A DNA stretch of 50,174 nucleotides, filler included, from Catajapyx aquilonaris (lineage: Eukaryota): NCBI GenBank assembly GCA_000934665.2. It is 2 parts of 2 records of this genome, joined end to end, with 100 filler letters (N's around TTAATTAATTAA, not from the genome) between each part and the next. Parts side by side here need not be neighbours in the genome. Positions count along the whole stretch, not along the records: positions 1 to 24,991 come from JYFJ02005430.1; 1 more part is not named here. One strand, written 5' to 3'. Numbering within the stretch: the first letter of the stretch is position 1; each line of letters starts with the position of its first letter. The notes beneath the pieces are model-generated. The model was not told the DNA's origin. It worked only from the letters and a program-made list of their open reading frames with translations, and searched no databases. Below, one piece after another: positions 1 through 12,881 of this stretch. Position numbers and translations under genes: made by a program.

Positions 1-39
1 TTGCCCCCACTCTTTTTTTTTTCCCCAAAGTGGAGACGT

Positions 40-145
40 TTTTCCTAGCCGGAAATGGACTGATTAAGCTCGTAAACAACCGGATAAGGAAACGAGGAAG
101 TCGCCAACTTATTTCCCCGATTATGCGCCATTTTTCGGATGACCC
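40..145 (+). promoter_or_regulatory. Cluster of ETS-type GGA(A/T) sites upstream of Elk
   Basis: CCGGAAAT (49-56), CCGGATAA, AGGAAGT and CGGATG within ~100 bp of a CpG-rich region upstream of the acceptor at 1730-1731 that precedes the ATG exon. Confidence 0.35.
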
Positions 146-1739
146 ACATTGTCCTTAGAATTGGCGTCTGTGACTCTGTTTGTCCGGGGTCGCTCTTTTG
201 CCGCCATAACGTCAGCCATTTTGTTCCCCACTCCTAAGCGTAGCGTTGGAAATACATGAATTCTCGGTTGCGCTCGTTTGAAAAAATCCGCCTAACCGCA
301 AAGACCCAACGACAACGACTGCCGTTGTGAACCCATGTGAACCACCCCTCTCCTTGTCCGATAAGCGGGGGTCGCCGTTTGATTTCCTTTGGGCAGCGGA
401 AACCTCGATTGTCCGAAGCCACCAGCCATCCTGAAGCCCCGTCCAATTTGATTAACCCCTCCTCCGGCAGAACCCCACCCCCGCCCCCTCTACAGCAGCA
501 ACCACAATTTGCCAGGCCCCTTTCCAGCCTCCCCCACCAAAAGTCTTCCGAGTTTAGTCACGGGTCTCGTCGTCGCCCAAACCCGACAGGATATTCGTCC
601 GGATGGGGTTGGTTTATATTCTTCTTCGAGGGGGTTGTTGATAAGAGTGTTGTTTGTGTGACTTGAAATTTTTGTGCGGTTTTTGGTTGTTTCGAGATCG
701 ACGTTTCCGACACGTGGTTTTTAAAGCATCGGCAGGAAACAAGGAGCGGAAATTTATTGGTTTTTGTATATTTAAAGAAAGTGCGAATAACAGTTGTGCG
801 CGTTGCATTGTCAGCAACAGGTTGCGACGATCATATGGTCAAAGAAAGTGCGCTAGGTACTACAAACACATTGCGAAATAGAAGGTGACAAATTGGAAAA
901 TTCCGACTCGTTTCTGGAACTTGTTCAAACGAATAGTTACGTAGTGGGATAGACCAGACGGCGAATTTATTATTCTTACCACGGGAAGTGATACGTCACA
1001 GTGCGGCAACGGCCTTCAAAAGCAATATCGGTGCAATAATTATAAGTACAATAATGAATTAATTTTCACACATTTTTTTTGCGGTATGTTATCTTTGGAA
1101 ACAAAAGGGTATATCTGGAAAGGATGTCATCGCAAATACGTAGGTGCGCTGCAGAATCGATGTGCATAAATTTTGTTGGGAGTACTAGTTACAAACGTGT
1201 TTATAAATAGTATGGGAGGCAAAAAGGGTTGTACCGGAATATATGATTGTATCTCAAGTATGCGTCACACACACGGAGCTGCCGCATTATTTTGGCGAAA
1301 GTTGATGACGTCCCTCTTGACTCTGATATAACTACATTGATTGAAGACTTAGAGGAAAGTGTGTTAAAAATAAATTTACAGATGTAGTAGTGAGAGGTTT
1401 TGTGCGAAAACTGTTATCTTCCCCAATCAGTTTGAAAGAAAATTTTATGAGCTTCAACAAGTATTACAGAATCTGTACTGTATATCACAGAGTAAATGTA
1501 TGAAAAAAACTTGCTTTCTATTCATTATCATGAATTGAACATAGTCGTCTGTCGGTTTATTAGAAAATAATTTTAATAAATGTCGGAAGGAAATATGTCA
1601 ATGGTATATCAGCATAATCGAAGCTGCAATGTCTTTATTACATCTCTGATTATGACTGTGTTTTTATCTGAAAGCGGAGAATAATATTGTGCCGCATCCA
1701 AAAGTTGATTGTGCAATTTTTCCATTTGCAGGTAGCGGG

Positions 1740-3567
1740 ATGGAGTCAAGCATAACGCTGTGGCAGTTCCTCCTGGAGTTGCTCCTGAGCAACCAGTACA
1801 ACCACATCATAACATGGACCAACAGCGATGGAGAGTTCAAGCTCCTGAATGCTGAGGAGGTTGCAAGGCTATGGGGTCTCCGGAAGAACAAAACCAACAT
1901 GAACTATGACAAGCTCAGCCGGGCCCTGCGATATTACTATGACAAGAACATCATCAAGAAGGTGCTTGGACAGAAGTTTGTGTACAGGTTGGTGTTGAAC
2001 AGGATTTAATTGGCCAAGTAATGACTGCCAGTGTGATAACTATTTTAGCAAGTGTTTGAATTATTACTTGTACAGTGCTTCTAGAAAATGCGCTGAAGTT
2101 GCATCAGTTCAGAAAAAAATTACTCGATTGATCCTGAGATGCATTGTGAGATAACAGTTTTCCTGAAGGTGCTAATTACAAGCACTCTCTAAATTATGTA
2201 ATTTGTCGTGTGAACGGTACTTGTTCAAAGCATTGCACTACTCATAACGATTGCTTATTGCTTTTGCAAGGACTTGAATATTTTCAGCACATTGTTATAC
2301 ATTATAGGCATTCAGATTGGCAGTGAATTTGTAAAAGTGTGAGTTGCTGGTTTTTCAGTATGATCCAGTAAACTTATTGTGCTCTTACTTTCATCTTCAG
2401 ATTCGTGTCCTTTCCTGAGATTGTGAAGATGGAGAACAAAGTGCCATTCCGAGTCAAGATGGAGTCTCTGCAGAAGAGCACAGGAGTTCCAGAGACCAAG
2501 CCAGGATTTCTTTCCCCGCCATCCAGCTGCCTGGTGGGCTCTCTCCCATCCGCAGCCCTAAGTTCGCTTGCATTAGGTAAGCCGTAGCTTAGCTTGGAAG
2601 CGGTGGGGATATTAATACCAGGAACTCTTCAGGCATGACCTGCTTTACAGGCCAGTGCAACGGGCGATCCTGTCCGACGTCTGCTTTCTCTGTGCCTTCA
2701 CTCTACAAGGGACTCAACCTTTCCCCGACTCGCAAGCAAGACGCGGTGTCTCCAATGTGGAAGAGCTTCAGTTTGGCATCATCTCCAATACCGCTTCGGT
2801 CCCCTAGTCACCAGGTGAAGATCAAGGAGGAGCCAGACACAGATGAGAGTGGCGTCGACTCAAGATCCACTGCATCTCCCGTGCAGCCAATCAACCTGGA
2901 GGTCAAGAGGCGGCGGAGGTCCAGGTCAGTGTCAGCATGTTCTATTAATTTGCATGTAAAGAGAATCATTCCTATATCCTAGACTTTTTACCAGTTTAAT
3001 TCTGGGTTCTCAAAATACTGCTTCTGTAATATGAGATTTTGTTAAGGACAAGACTTGGACTCGTCACACTTCAATAATTGCATCCATTCTCAATTGTGCA
3101 GGTCGAGATCTCCATCAACGCCCCATTCCAGTGACGAGGAGTTGTCTTCCCCGCCACGTGCACACCAGAGCAGCACAAGCCAGGGGCGGCCACGAGGCAT
3201 GGGAAAGAGGAAGCCGAGTCCCCTGCCCATCGAAGCCATATCCGCCGCCTCAGGGCGACCACCCAGTCCCCATACGTTCTCGGCCTCCTCTCTTCACACA
3301 CCTGTTGTCTCGCTCAACTCTCCCCTATTTGCCATGAAGACACCCCTGCCATCGGTGCAATTCTGGACCGCGTACAGCCCACAGCATGGGTTCAGCCCGC
3401 GGTATGGACACCCTGGTCACGCGGCAAGTCACTTCACGTTCCCCACACACCCGCAGTTCACCCAACTGTCCCACCTGATGTCGCCATTGTTCGCAACGTC
3501 ACCCGGGGACAACTCCACCCCTCTGCCCCTGTTGTCTCCAACGAAGCCACCCATTTCAGTGTTATAG
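1740..3567 (+). CDS. Elk: ETS-domain ternary complex factor (Elk1/3/4-like), 4 coding exons: 1740-1987, 2401-2576, 2651-2924, 3102-3567 (~387 aa)
   Basis: N-terminal ETS domain [15 protein letters not shown]...[45 protein letters not shown], typical of TCFs. Also a D-domain-like RKPSPLPI, C-box [13 protein letters not shown] (FxFP) docking motif and IKEE SUMO consensus. GT-AG junctions keep the frame (1164 nt total). Confidence 0.95.
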
Positions 3568-5169
3568 AGCAAGTGGTAATTTTTTAAAAGTGTATGGGAC
3601 CACATAGTGCCTGAGGCTTTCACCTGATAGAAACAGTGCTGTGGAGGTGATGTAATGTGCCTTTTGAGAGTTTTTATTCAGAGAGATACTATGGAAGGAG
3701 GGTTTTAAAATTTTCATGGCATGAGTGAAATAGCTAGTGAAAGTTGCCATCTTGTTTTAAATATTTGTGTCTTCGTGTAATGGCTGGAACAGTTTTTCCA
3801 GTTTTAAATGAACCCAGATATCTGTACAAATGGTTTAGTGTTAAGTTTGTTTACCGTTCCTTTTTAATCCTGCATCTTTACATTTGTAGTTTCAAATCCG
3901 CTGCTGTAAAATTGGCTGTAATCATTGCGATATGACAAAAATGGCCAACCGTCAGGCTTTTATCCTGCAACTTTCACCCTGTTTTGATAGCCGACAGTCA
4001 TGCCAAGGAAATTTTTGCGAGCTTATTGACCAGTCGTGACTTCCTTCCAATAAGCCTGTACATAACGCTGTAAGCTCAACAAGTGGAAGCAATCATGATG
4101 TAGAGAGTTCATTATGTGATATATAGCATGACTTGAAAATAGTGAAATTAACTGGTAGTACGCGGAAGATATTTGAAGTATATTTTAGGAAAAGATGGTA
4201 TAATGGCAAAGGATATGTTATTGCAGTGGCTCTAATGCTACTGCTGTTCCCGATAAATTTTTTTGTGTGTGGAATGCTGGTGCCAAATGTGCTAAAAATG
4301 CATTTGTGATATGTCGTATTTGACATGTTAAAGCTTGATTATTTTTCATTGTAATTGCTGTTTAAAAATGCCAATGTACAGTTGAATCAAAGTGACATGT
4401 GCCATGTTGCTTAGGTGCATAGAATAACGTATCTGTTCATCCTGAGAGGAGTTATTGTTTCCTTTTTTTAATTATTACACAGAGAAAGATACTCAGGTAC
4501 AATTTTATGCTCAGATGTCAAACTTGGATGTTCAAAAAAACAAAAAAAGGTTCACAATGTGTAGTTTGGAAATAACTAGGCTATATTTTCCCTCCCCTTT
4601 TCTGTGCTTTGTTGGTGCGTTCAAGATAGATTTTTAAAAAATAAGTTAAGGTCACAATCACGTTAAAAAGCAGTGCCCAACAATGTTGCCTTTTCTAATA
4701 CTGGTAAACTGCTGTGCAGTGAATTAGAAAACGTCCTCAATGTATTTTTTTCCCTGTCTTACTACAACCGCAGTAAGCCAAAATTGATAATAAAATGGAA
4801 GAAATTGCATAAGTGGTGTTATTTGTACCGATCTTTTCCATGTTACAGCACAATAAGTGCTGCATTTCTGATCCCTAGGTTGGGCAGTTGATTTCTGCAT
4901 ATGACTTTCGACGTAATAATATTAATATTATTAAATGTTATATGATAATAATGCAGTTGAGAATCCAGATATAACATTCCCTACATACTTTTTTCCGCAC
5001 TCTCTTGAAGTCCGTTCTGTCCAAAGTTATGTCTGGATTCAACTGTTAATTATAATGACGTGTCTGCCATTATTATCCTGTACACTAATCATACTGTACA
5101 AATTCTCTGAATTAATCAGGCTAGTGTTGTGTGAAACATTGCTTTTTTAAATTCACTTGCGTCACTTTG

Positions 5170-5285
5170 TAATTTCCCACCGCATTCGAATCTGATAGTA
5201 TCGTCCCGTGCTCCTATCGCAATCTTCTATCGTGAAAATTCGAATATTCGCCGGTTTGACCGTTAGAATTTTTTCCGTTACGTCT
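5170..5285 (+). promoter_or_regulatory. Putative G2/M cell-cycle promoter of Spindly (CHR-like and MYB sites)
   Basis: TTCGAA (CHR variant) at 5185-5190 and 5239-5244; CCGTTA (= TAACGG, MYB site) at 5260-5265 and 5275-5280, ~170-260 bp upstream of the ATG. Confidence 0.4.
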
Positions 5286-5447
5286 TGTCGTCTGTTCTTC
5301 TCTCAGATTTTCGGCCGAGATTTGGCCCCCGGGGCGACACCCAGGGCCAGCTGACAGGTACGCACCTGGTAGGACGACTAATTATTAGAGTGTCATTGAA
5401 TTTTTAATACTCGGCTGAAGATTGGCAGCACATCAGACGTGCCCTGC

Positions 5448-8087
5448 ATGGCTGAAGTGGACCACCAGACGTCAGATCTTCGTATGAAGATTGAGGGTCT
5501 GCAAGGGAGTATCCAGGAGCTGGAAGGGAAGCTGGGGATGGCCGGACAGTACGGGAAGGAGCTGCTTCAGAACAACCAGTTTCTGAACCAGCAGCTGGAC
5601 GAGTTCGCTTCCAAACTGCAGGTGAAATAATCTCTTTGTGTTTGTTGTACGGTCAGGTTCACAAGTTCCGAAGAGACAGTAAGCAAGTATGGTTTGGAAG
5701 TTCGCGGATACCCTTTCCAACATATGACATACGGCATTCATTGCTGGCTAATGGAGTCTGAGCAAATGGTGCAAGCAATTTCTACATAAGCTCGCGAGTG
5801 TGAAGGACAACCAGAGACTTGAACTACTGGCCACAGCAATTACCGACAGTGTCCTCAAGTGTCCTAACTTCTTTCTTAGTCCATGTGACCAACACTGTTT
5901 GTCTGGCATGACTTTTCCTGGCGAAATGTGGGCGGGCACGCTTGGGTCGCCACTCGCTCTCGTCCGACGGCTGTGCATAAGCTGCAAGAAGGTGCCTACC
6001 CATCCTATGAAGTACCGGAAGGATCAACGTATCTGTCCATGCTCGTCTTTACCCTGACCTTCACATGTCATCGAAACTGTAGCATCGCAAAACTTATTTT
6101 CCGACTAGCCCTCGTAGATTTACACCACGAAAATCAATGCAGGTGTTTGGTAGATTCTACATAATGTTGGGATTAAAATGACATATTTGTCATACTCTTA
6201 GCCAGCATAGTTGCAAAGACATTATAAGCCAAATTGTGAAATGTGCCTTTTTATTTTATTTGATGTCTTCTGACCTATTGACCTCTGCCACTTGAAAATA
6301 TTCCCACATACTACTGGTGTCTGCCTAATGTTCCAAATTTTGTACATATTCATATTGGAATATGTAGGGTGCATCTGGGTCGTTTTTGGCCCGTCTGTGC
6401 TGGAATAATTTCTTACCGTTATGCTGAAGTCTTCAGCTTCCTCAAGGTCATGACGCCACTATGAAGCCATGGCTTATCTCCAGACGCCTCTCCTCCTTCC
6501 CCCCTCTTCCAGGGAATAGGTGGGCAGAAAGGGATGGTAGGTTAAACTAGCGTCTGGTGCAGTTGATAACAATATGCCCTTTTCACAGGCTTTGGAACAA
6601 GAAAACTACACTATTCAGATGCGGCTGGAAGGAAAAGTGAAGAATGAGGAGGACCTTTCGGCTGAAGTTGAGACCCTTCGAGAGTGCATCCAAAATCTGG
6701 AGAGGAAGGTGCAACAGATGGAGACAGATTTTGCCAAGAAGGAGTCAGACTACAAATCCCGATTGATTGCCGCAGAACAAGCCAATGAGATGCTCAACCA
6801 CGAGAAGCAGAGGCTGGCGGGGAAGATTGGGCACATGGAGGCACAGGCTGCAGCTCTGGAGCAAGTGGCGAGAGAGCAAAGGGCGGCTGACCACGAAAAG
6901 AGTTTCAGTGATGATGTGTCAGAATTGCAGGTAAGTCTTCCTACCTAGCAGTTTATTAGAGCTGCACTGATATCCTCTTCTTCCAGTCAGAAGTGTCTGC
7001 ACTTAACCAAGAGAATGCCAGCCTTCGCTCTGAATTAGCACTACAAATCCGTGAAATGGAGGATCTCCGTGAGATGCTCCTGTCATGGCAAGAAAAGCAT
7101 TCCTCTCTTAAGCAAGGACTGCTCGAGTCTGAAGAAGAAGTTGCAGCCTACCACGTTAATATTGAAAGTTTGCGCTCCCAGTTGGCATTGTTGCAGGCGC
7201 AAAAGGAGTCTGAGAACGACGTCACGTGTACTCCAACTAAGAAAGGGAACTCTCTCTTTGGGGAGCTGGAGGATCGGAGGGTCAAGGCAGAGTCGGCCTG
7301 CAGGAGTCTGGAACAGAGGTGCAAGGATCTCGAAAGGCAAAACAAGCACAAAGCGGATCAGCTGCTGCAGACCAGACTGCAGATGGCCGCAATGCTTGGA
7401 CAGGCAGCAGACCGTTCCAAGAGCAATGAATATATTCAACACTTGGAGTCCGAGCTAGCAACTGTTCGCAGGTTAGAAAGTGACTTGATTCATATACAGT
7501 AAAGGTTATATTTCAGTAGGATCACATTTGCAACAATAACAAACCCTGACAACTTTGTAATGTTAAAGTACTTTATGTTTTGGTGGGTCAAAATATTATG
7601 TGACAGTAATACTGCACATATTAAACTTTACCTCAGGCGCATTAAGGAACTAGAGGAATCATCTAAGCGTGACAGCGAAGAGGAAGACGTCACTTTGGTT
7701 CCCTTTGCGAACGATTCCATAGCTGTCCACAAGGGGGAGCATAACCTGGCATACATGGAAGCACTGATCCACCATGAGAGAGCAGAAAAGGAGAAGGCGC
7801 AGACAACCCTCCGCCAGCAAATGGTTCACCAGTTTGCAGAGAGTGAGAAGCTGTTGTGTGCCCGCAAGCAGCTGCATGAGCAGGAGCGGCAGATTCAGGC
7901 ACTGAAGGCTGAGAACCTGAAGCTCGCGCTGCAAGTTCCACATGATGACAAGAAGAAAGTGCTGAAGCCGAAGGAGAACATGGCCAGGAAATTGCCGGAG
8001 ATTAAAGTACCAAAGAGAGAGGAACGGCGGAAGAGTCCAGAGAAGATAACAAGGAGGCAGACTGTAAATGAATGCAAACAGCAATGA
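5448..8087 (+). CDS. SPDL1: Spindly kinetochore dynein adaptor, 4 exons: 5448-5621, 6589-6930, 6987-7471, 7637-8087 (~483 aa)
   Basis: Coiled-coil protein with CC1-box-like MAGQYGKELL, Spindly motif KGNSLFGELED and C-terminal CAAX-type CKQQ (human CPQQ). Splice phases are consistent (1452 nt). Confidence 0.93.
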
Positions 8088-8499
8088 TTTCTTAGGTTTT
8101 TAACTTTTTAAATTGCATTGTTATTGAAATCACAGTGCCTTTGGGGGGAGGGGGGATTTTATGCAACACTACGATTATGAAGGAATATTAAGAGTGAACT
8201 ATATCACTGAAAAAATATTGAGACGAATATCATCCCGATCTTTTCCAGTGATCTAGTACACATGCCGTGAAATATTTTGGAGCTGAAGGTACTGTAAAGT
8301 GCTTCTTCCTTCTGCAGGTATGCAAGCTGTGTCTTCCAAACTGCTGCTCTTAATTACTTTTCATCTGGTCTGGCATCAGCCTCGTCAAGATTTCATGTAA
8401 TTATTGATTTGATGATTCCTGAGCCAAGTGTATTGTCTTCATGCCATTATTTTCTTGTCTATTCTTTGGCTGACTGTGAGTTACTTATGCCACTGTAGC

Positions 8500-11090
8500 A
8501 AAACTTTCTTCTGTACATTGTAGTGTTTTTCGACCAAATCAAGTTATTAGTCAACATGTGCCATGTGTACATTCCGGACAATGCATACCAGGTGTCCCAA
8601 GAGTCAGCTTAGGACTACTAGAATATATCAGTGGAAATCTCAGTTGGAAACCAGAGAAATTGATTAGCTTTATCAAAATGTGATTCCTTGTAGTCAAGAC
8701 GTCAAAACAACTGTGCAAAATGGCAAGATTTTCACTGATGTAGATGTATGAGCTGACTTTTGCTCCACGCTACATGAATCGGTGCACTACCAAAAGTCCT
8801 CACTTGAGAAGGGAAAAATTAGTAGAAGAGAACATTAGCTATAATTTGTATTTGGTTAACTGCAATACTGTAGTGATGATAATTGGAACTAGAATGTATG
8901 ATATTGTTCCTATTATTATTATTATTGCAGCATTACATAATAAGGTCAGTTGAAGGTGTATTATTTGAACTTAAGCCTTAAGGGATCTAATTCAGATTCG
9001 TTAACTGCGTCCGCAAGGAGTGTGCTTCTCATTGTTGTGTAAGTTCAAGTGCTCGAGGTGTAGTGGTGTATGATGCCCATGCACATAAAATTTGAATAAG
9101 ATGTGCTGCGGATGAGGACATCAGCCAGTCATAACGGGTCAAGTTACGGAAATAACTCACAGCACAGTAAGAATTAATTTTACAAGCTAAATGAAATCAA
9201 CTCGGCTGTAAGTAAACTTCCATCAGAAGGCTGTGATTTCATGGAGTTAACTTTTTCCATTGACCATGACAGTATTGTTGCAGTTCCAATTATTATTACT
9301 GTATTACATAATTAACCATTTAACCATTTTTCATTTTACTAGTATTTACCTAAAGCCATGGACAAAATTCATGAAGTTGCGAAATATTTAATTGTACTGG
9401 GTATTCCAGTCACACTGTGCTTGTAAATTTGATTCTTTCTGTGCTGTGAGTTACTTCTGTAACTTACCTGTTTGGTCCGGCCGATACCCATCAGCAGCAC
9501 CTCTTATTCAAAAATTATGCATGTGAGCATCATAAGCCTCCACACCATGACCTCTTGGATCAGCACAACAATGAGAATCACCCTGTTTGTTGCTGAAGAC
9601 CAAGTAATGAAACTCAATTAGAAAAATAAGCACATGTCCAAATAATATACAGTCTTTAATTGTCCCTAACATTTCATGTAGTTGATGAGATAAGCATAAG
9701 CACTTTAATAATTATATCCTCCTTTTTAACTGAGAACTTGTGTGGAGTGGCATCCTGTATTTGTATTCTATGGAGACTGATTTTGCATACAGTGTGGTTC
9801 CACTAACTGTGCACCTGTATTAATATCTCTTCACACAAGGGAGAAGATGCAATGCGGTGGAAATAATTGCATTTTTACATTGTGGAGACGGCAGTCAATG
9901 GCTGGGTACGGGGTGTTCAAACAAGGTTTGAGATCAGAGCAATCAGATTTACTGCTGTACATTGGAGTATTTTTTGACCAAATCAAGGCTTTAGTCAACA
10001 TTTGCCATGTGTATATTCCATATAATGCGTATGGGGTGTCCCAAAAGTCAGCTCAGGACTGCAATATGTCAGTGGAAATCTCAGCCGGCAAACATTGCTT
10101 GAACTTATCAATATGTGATTCCTTTCAATCGAGTCATCCCTTGGAATATAGGCAGGAATTTCATTGGTGCAGATGTTTCAATATTACGCAATTTTATGCA
10201 AATAAAACTGAAATAATTCATTTTACAAGTTCTCATTATAGTCGTTAGCCCCAGTTTACTTCGGATGCCTGATAACGCTTCAATATGATGCAATTTTATG
10301 AATGTTTCCTGCATCAGCCATGGCTCAGGGGTTTTACTAGACTCTAGAAAGAATATGTCTTTGGTTAATAATGTAAAACTGTAATATACTAATTGGAACT
10401 GGTAATGAACAAAGTTGTCGTTATCAATGGATAAACACTGTATGAAATCAAAACTTTCTGCTGTAAGTAAACTTCCCGCAGAAGGTTGTGATTTCATGCT
10501 TTTTTGTTCCAATGATCATGACAATATTGTTTATTCCAGTTCCAAGTATTATTAGGCCTACATCGCTACAAAATTAATGAAAGACAAATTCTTGCTATAG
10601 GTTAGTAAATACCAATAGGCATGGTTGACAAGCAAAATTAATGAAATTGCAAAATATTGAAGTGTTATCAGGCATCCTGAGTCAATAGACCCTAACCACA
10701 CTACAAGAGCTTGTAAATGAATGATTTTCGTCCTGTTAGTTATTTCTGTAAACCATTAGCAGAAGTCCAAATAATACTGCCTGAATTGAGCATATCGTTT
10801 CAGTTGCTGGGATAAGCATAACCACTCATGTGTGACCCCCATTTTGAACTGAGGACGTTGTGGAGTGACACCCTGTATTTGTATTTTATGAGGACTGATT
10901 TTAAATACAATCCATACTTTGCATCTGTATTAATGTCTCTTCACGCAGGGGAGAGAATGTGCACTGTGGTGCAAATTATTCACATTTTTCCATTACGGTG
11001 ACGACAGTCAAGGGGTGGCTACCTGGCGTTCAATTTGCAGTATGCGGCTGAAGCTTTGGCATCTGAGTGATCAGATTTTGTCATTGCATG
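8500..11090. repeat. Diverged tandem duplication (units ~8500-9950 and ~9950-11090)
   Basis: Colinear similar blocks: 8525-8650 vs 9965-10090, 9205-9245 vs 10460-10500, 9740-9790 vs 10858-10905, 9811-9920 vs 10921-11033. Confidence 0.85.
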
Positions 11091-12094
11091 TCACTATTAA
11101 TGGAGTTATTGTACATAAAATGAAATATATTTATATATGGATTGCATTATTATCTGCAGTTTGATTTCATGAAAGCCCCCAGGTTATACTAGAGCAGATA
11201 AGCTGGCGCTCGAGACACCTCATGACATGGTATGACTCGAGTCGAACATTCATATCATTGCATAATAGTGCGATGTATGCTCATTTTGCTCTGTGGGTGT
11301 GGCAATGATGAGAAAGTGGTTTGATATCATTTTGTTTACTTAATGCAACTTTGTCATTGTGTACAGTACATGAAGAGTTCAGAAATTTTAGAATAAGTCA
11401 TAATTTGTCGGTCAGTAATATGGTGTTTCAATGCTACACGTATGTGATAATTGGTATATTATGTATAGTATGTTTAGAAAAAGTAGCTTTTGCATCAATC
11501 GGGATTTTTTGTTCACATAGCATACTTTTTGCGTTAGTGCTTAGTATGTTGCAGGTAATCAGTCCCTACCTATCTTCAGATAGCTACAGTTTAGCGTCCC
11601 CGCAATCAGTAAGTCAATTCCAGGTACAATTGAACCCATTGGCATAATTCCCCTTCACAGCAATTACATAATGAAAATCAGGCCATTTTTTTAAAGCAAC
11701 AATCCCAAGTTACAAAGTGTTGCGTGTGCATGATGAGAACCAGGGGGGGAAATCAGCCCCCAATCATGCGAACCCAGACATTGCTCAAGAAGTCTTCATT
11801 TCAAGGTTTAAATAAAGTAGTTGCAACTTTCATACCTCCCAAGGCCGACTTTGCCAATAATTACCATGTAAAGGAAAACCCGTGAGAAATTGCATGCAAT
11901 TTTTTTTTGTTGCATATCCCCGCACTTTTTCAGCCGACCACATCAAACGCGATTTAAAGTAGCTGCTACTTTAATAGCAGCGCTTCATAAAACCATTATT
12001 AACGCTAGAACTACACACAAAATATTTAAAATTATGTAATGCAATTATACAAGTAGTATTAATAAATAACAGTGCAATAATAATAATAATAAGT

Positions 12095-12385
12095 ACAAAT
12101 TGTAAGAAAATGACCTAGTGTGTAGTTAAACAGTTAAATGCTCATAATGGGGTTAAATATATTGATACAAGAATAAAATGTAAGTAAAAATTCTGTGAGA
12201 CCCAATATCTAAATATGAGAAGTTCAAAATATTGTAACATATAATATACTAATAAGAGTAATAACTAACATTGCGGTAATAAAATTAATAATGAAAATGT
12301 GTAAGAAAGTGACCTCGTGTGTAGTTAAACGCACAAATGCTCATTAATGGGGTTAAATATTGATATTTATAAGTATAAAATATAA
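12095..12385. repeat. AT-rich ~200-bp-period direct repeat (2 copies)
   Basis: tgtaagaaa-tgacct-gtgtgtagttaaac...aaatgctcat-aatggggttaaatat at ~12100-12165 and ~12300-12365. Confidence 0.8.
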
Positions 12386-12567
12386 CTAAATATTGATATA
12401 TTATCATGTAAAAACATTATGATGATTAGTAAAATGTAGATAACTATAATACAAATACAACACATAAAATATAATTTCAGCAAAATATTTATGGAAATGT
12501 GTCATAAACACTTTACAATTTCGAAAGTTAATGTCGTAGATAAATAATAAAATAGGTAACCTCGTTA

Positions 12568-12632
12568 AGGCCATTTCACAAAAAAAATGTCGCGCGGCAA
12601 ACGGCGCGACATTTTTTTTGGTGAAATGGCCT
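12568..12632. mobile_element. Minimal hairpin MITE, PIF/Harbinger-like
   Basis: AGGCCATTTCAC...TGTCGCGC / GCGCGACA...GTGAAATGGCCT inverted arms, flanked by a TTA direct repeat (12565-67, 12633-35). Confidence 0.7.
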
Positions 12633-12881
12633 TTAGAGTTAGTGACGACAAGAATAGCTGCTACTGATAACAGTGATAAGATAGTATCGATTAGCAGTAA
12701 CTTTTTTGCATGCAGCAGCCTAGGGCAGCAGCTGACTAAGCGTAAATAATCTTTTTTTTCCGCGGATTGTTTTTGCGGCTTGGGTTTGTTCAGTCGAGCG
12801 TTGGAGTCACCGACCGTCGGTTGTTAGGATAGATCATCATCATCAACAACAAGAGAAGGAAGAAGAAGAAGAACCGAAGAG

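Noticed and set aside
5650..6170. Overlapping short ORFs in Spindly intron 1 (nested gene or RING-like fragment)
   Set aside because: No consistent splice structure, and the Cys spacing is incomplete.
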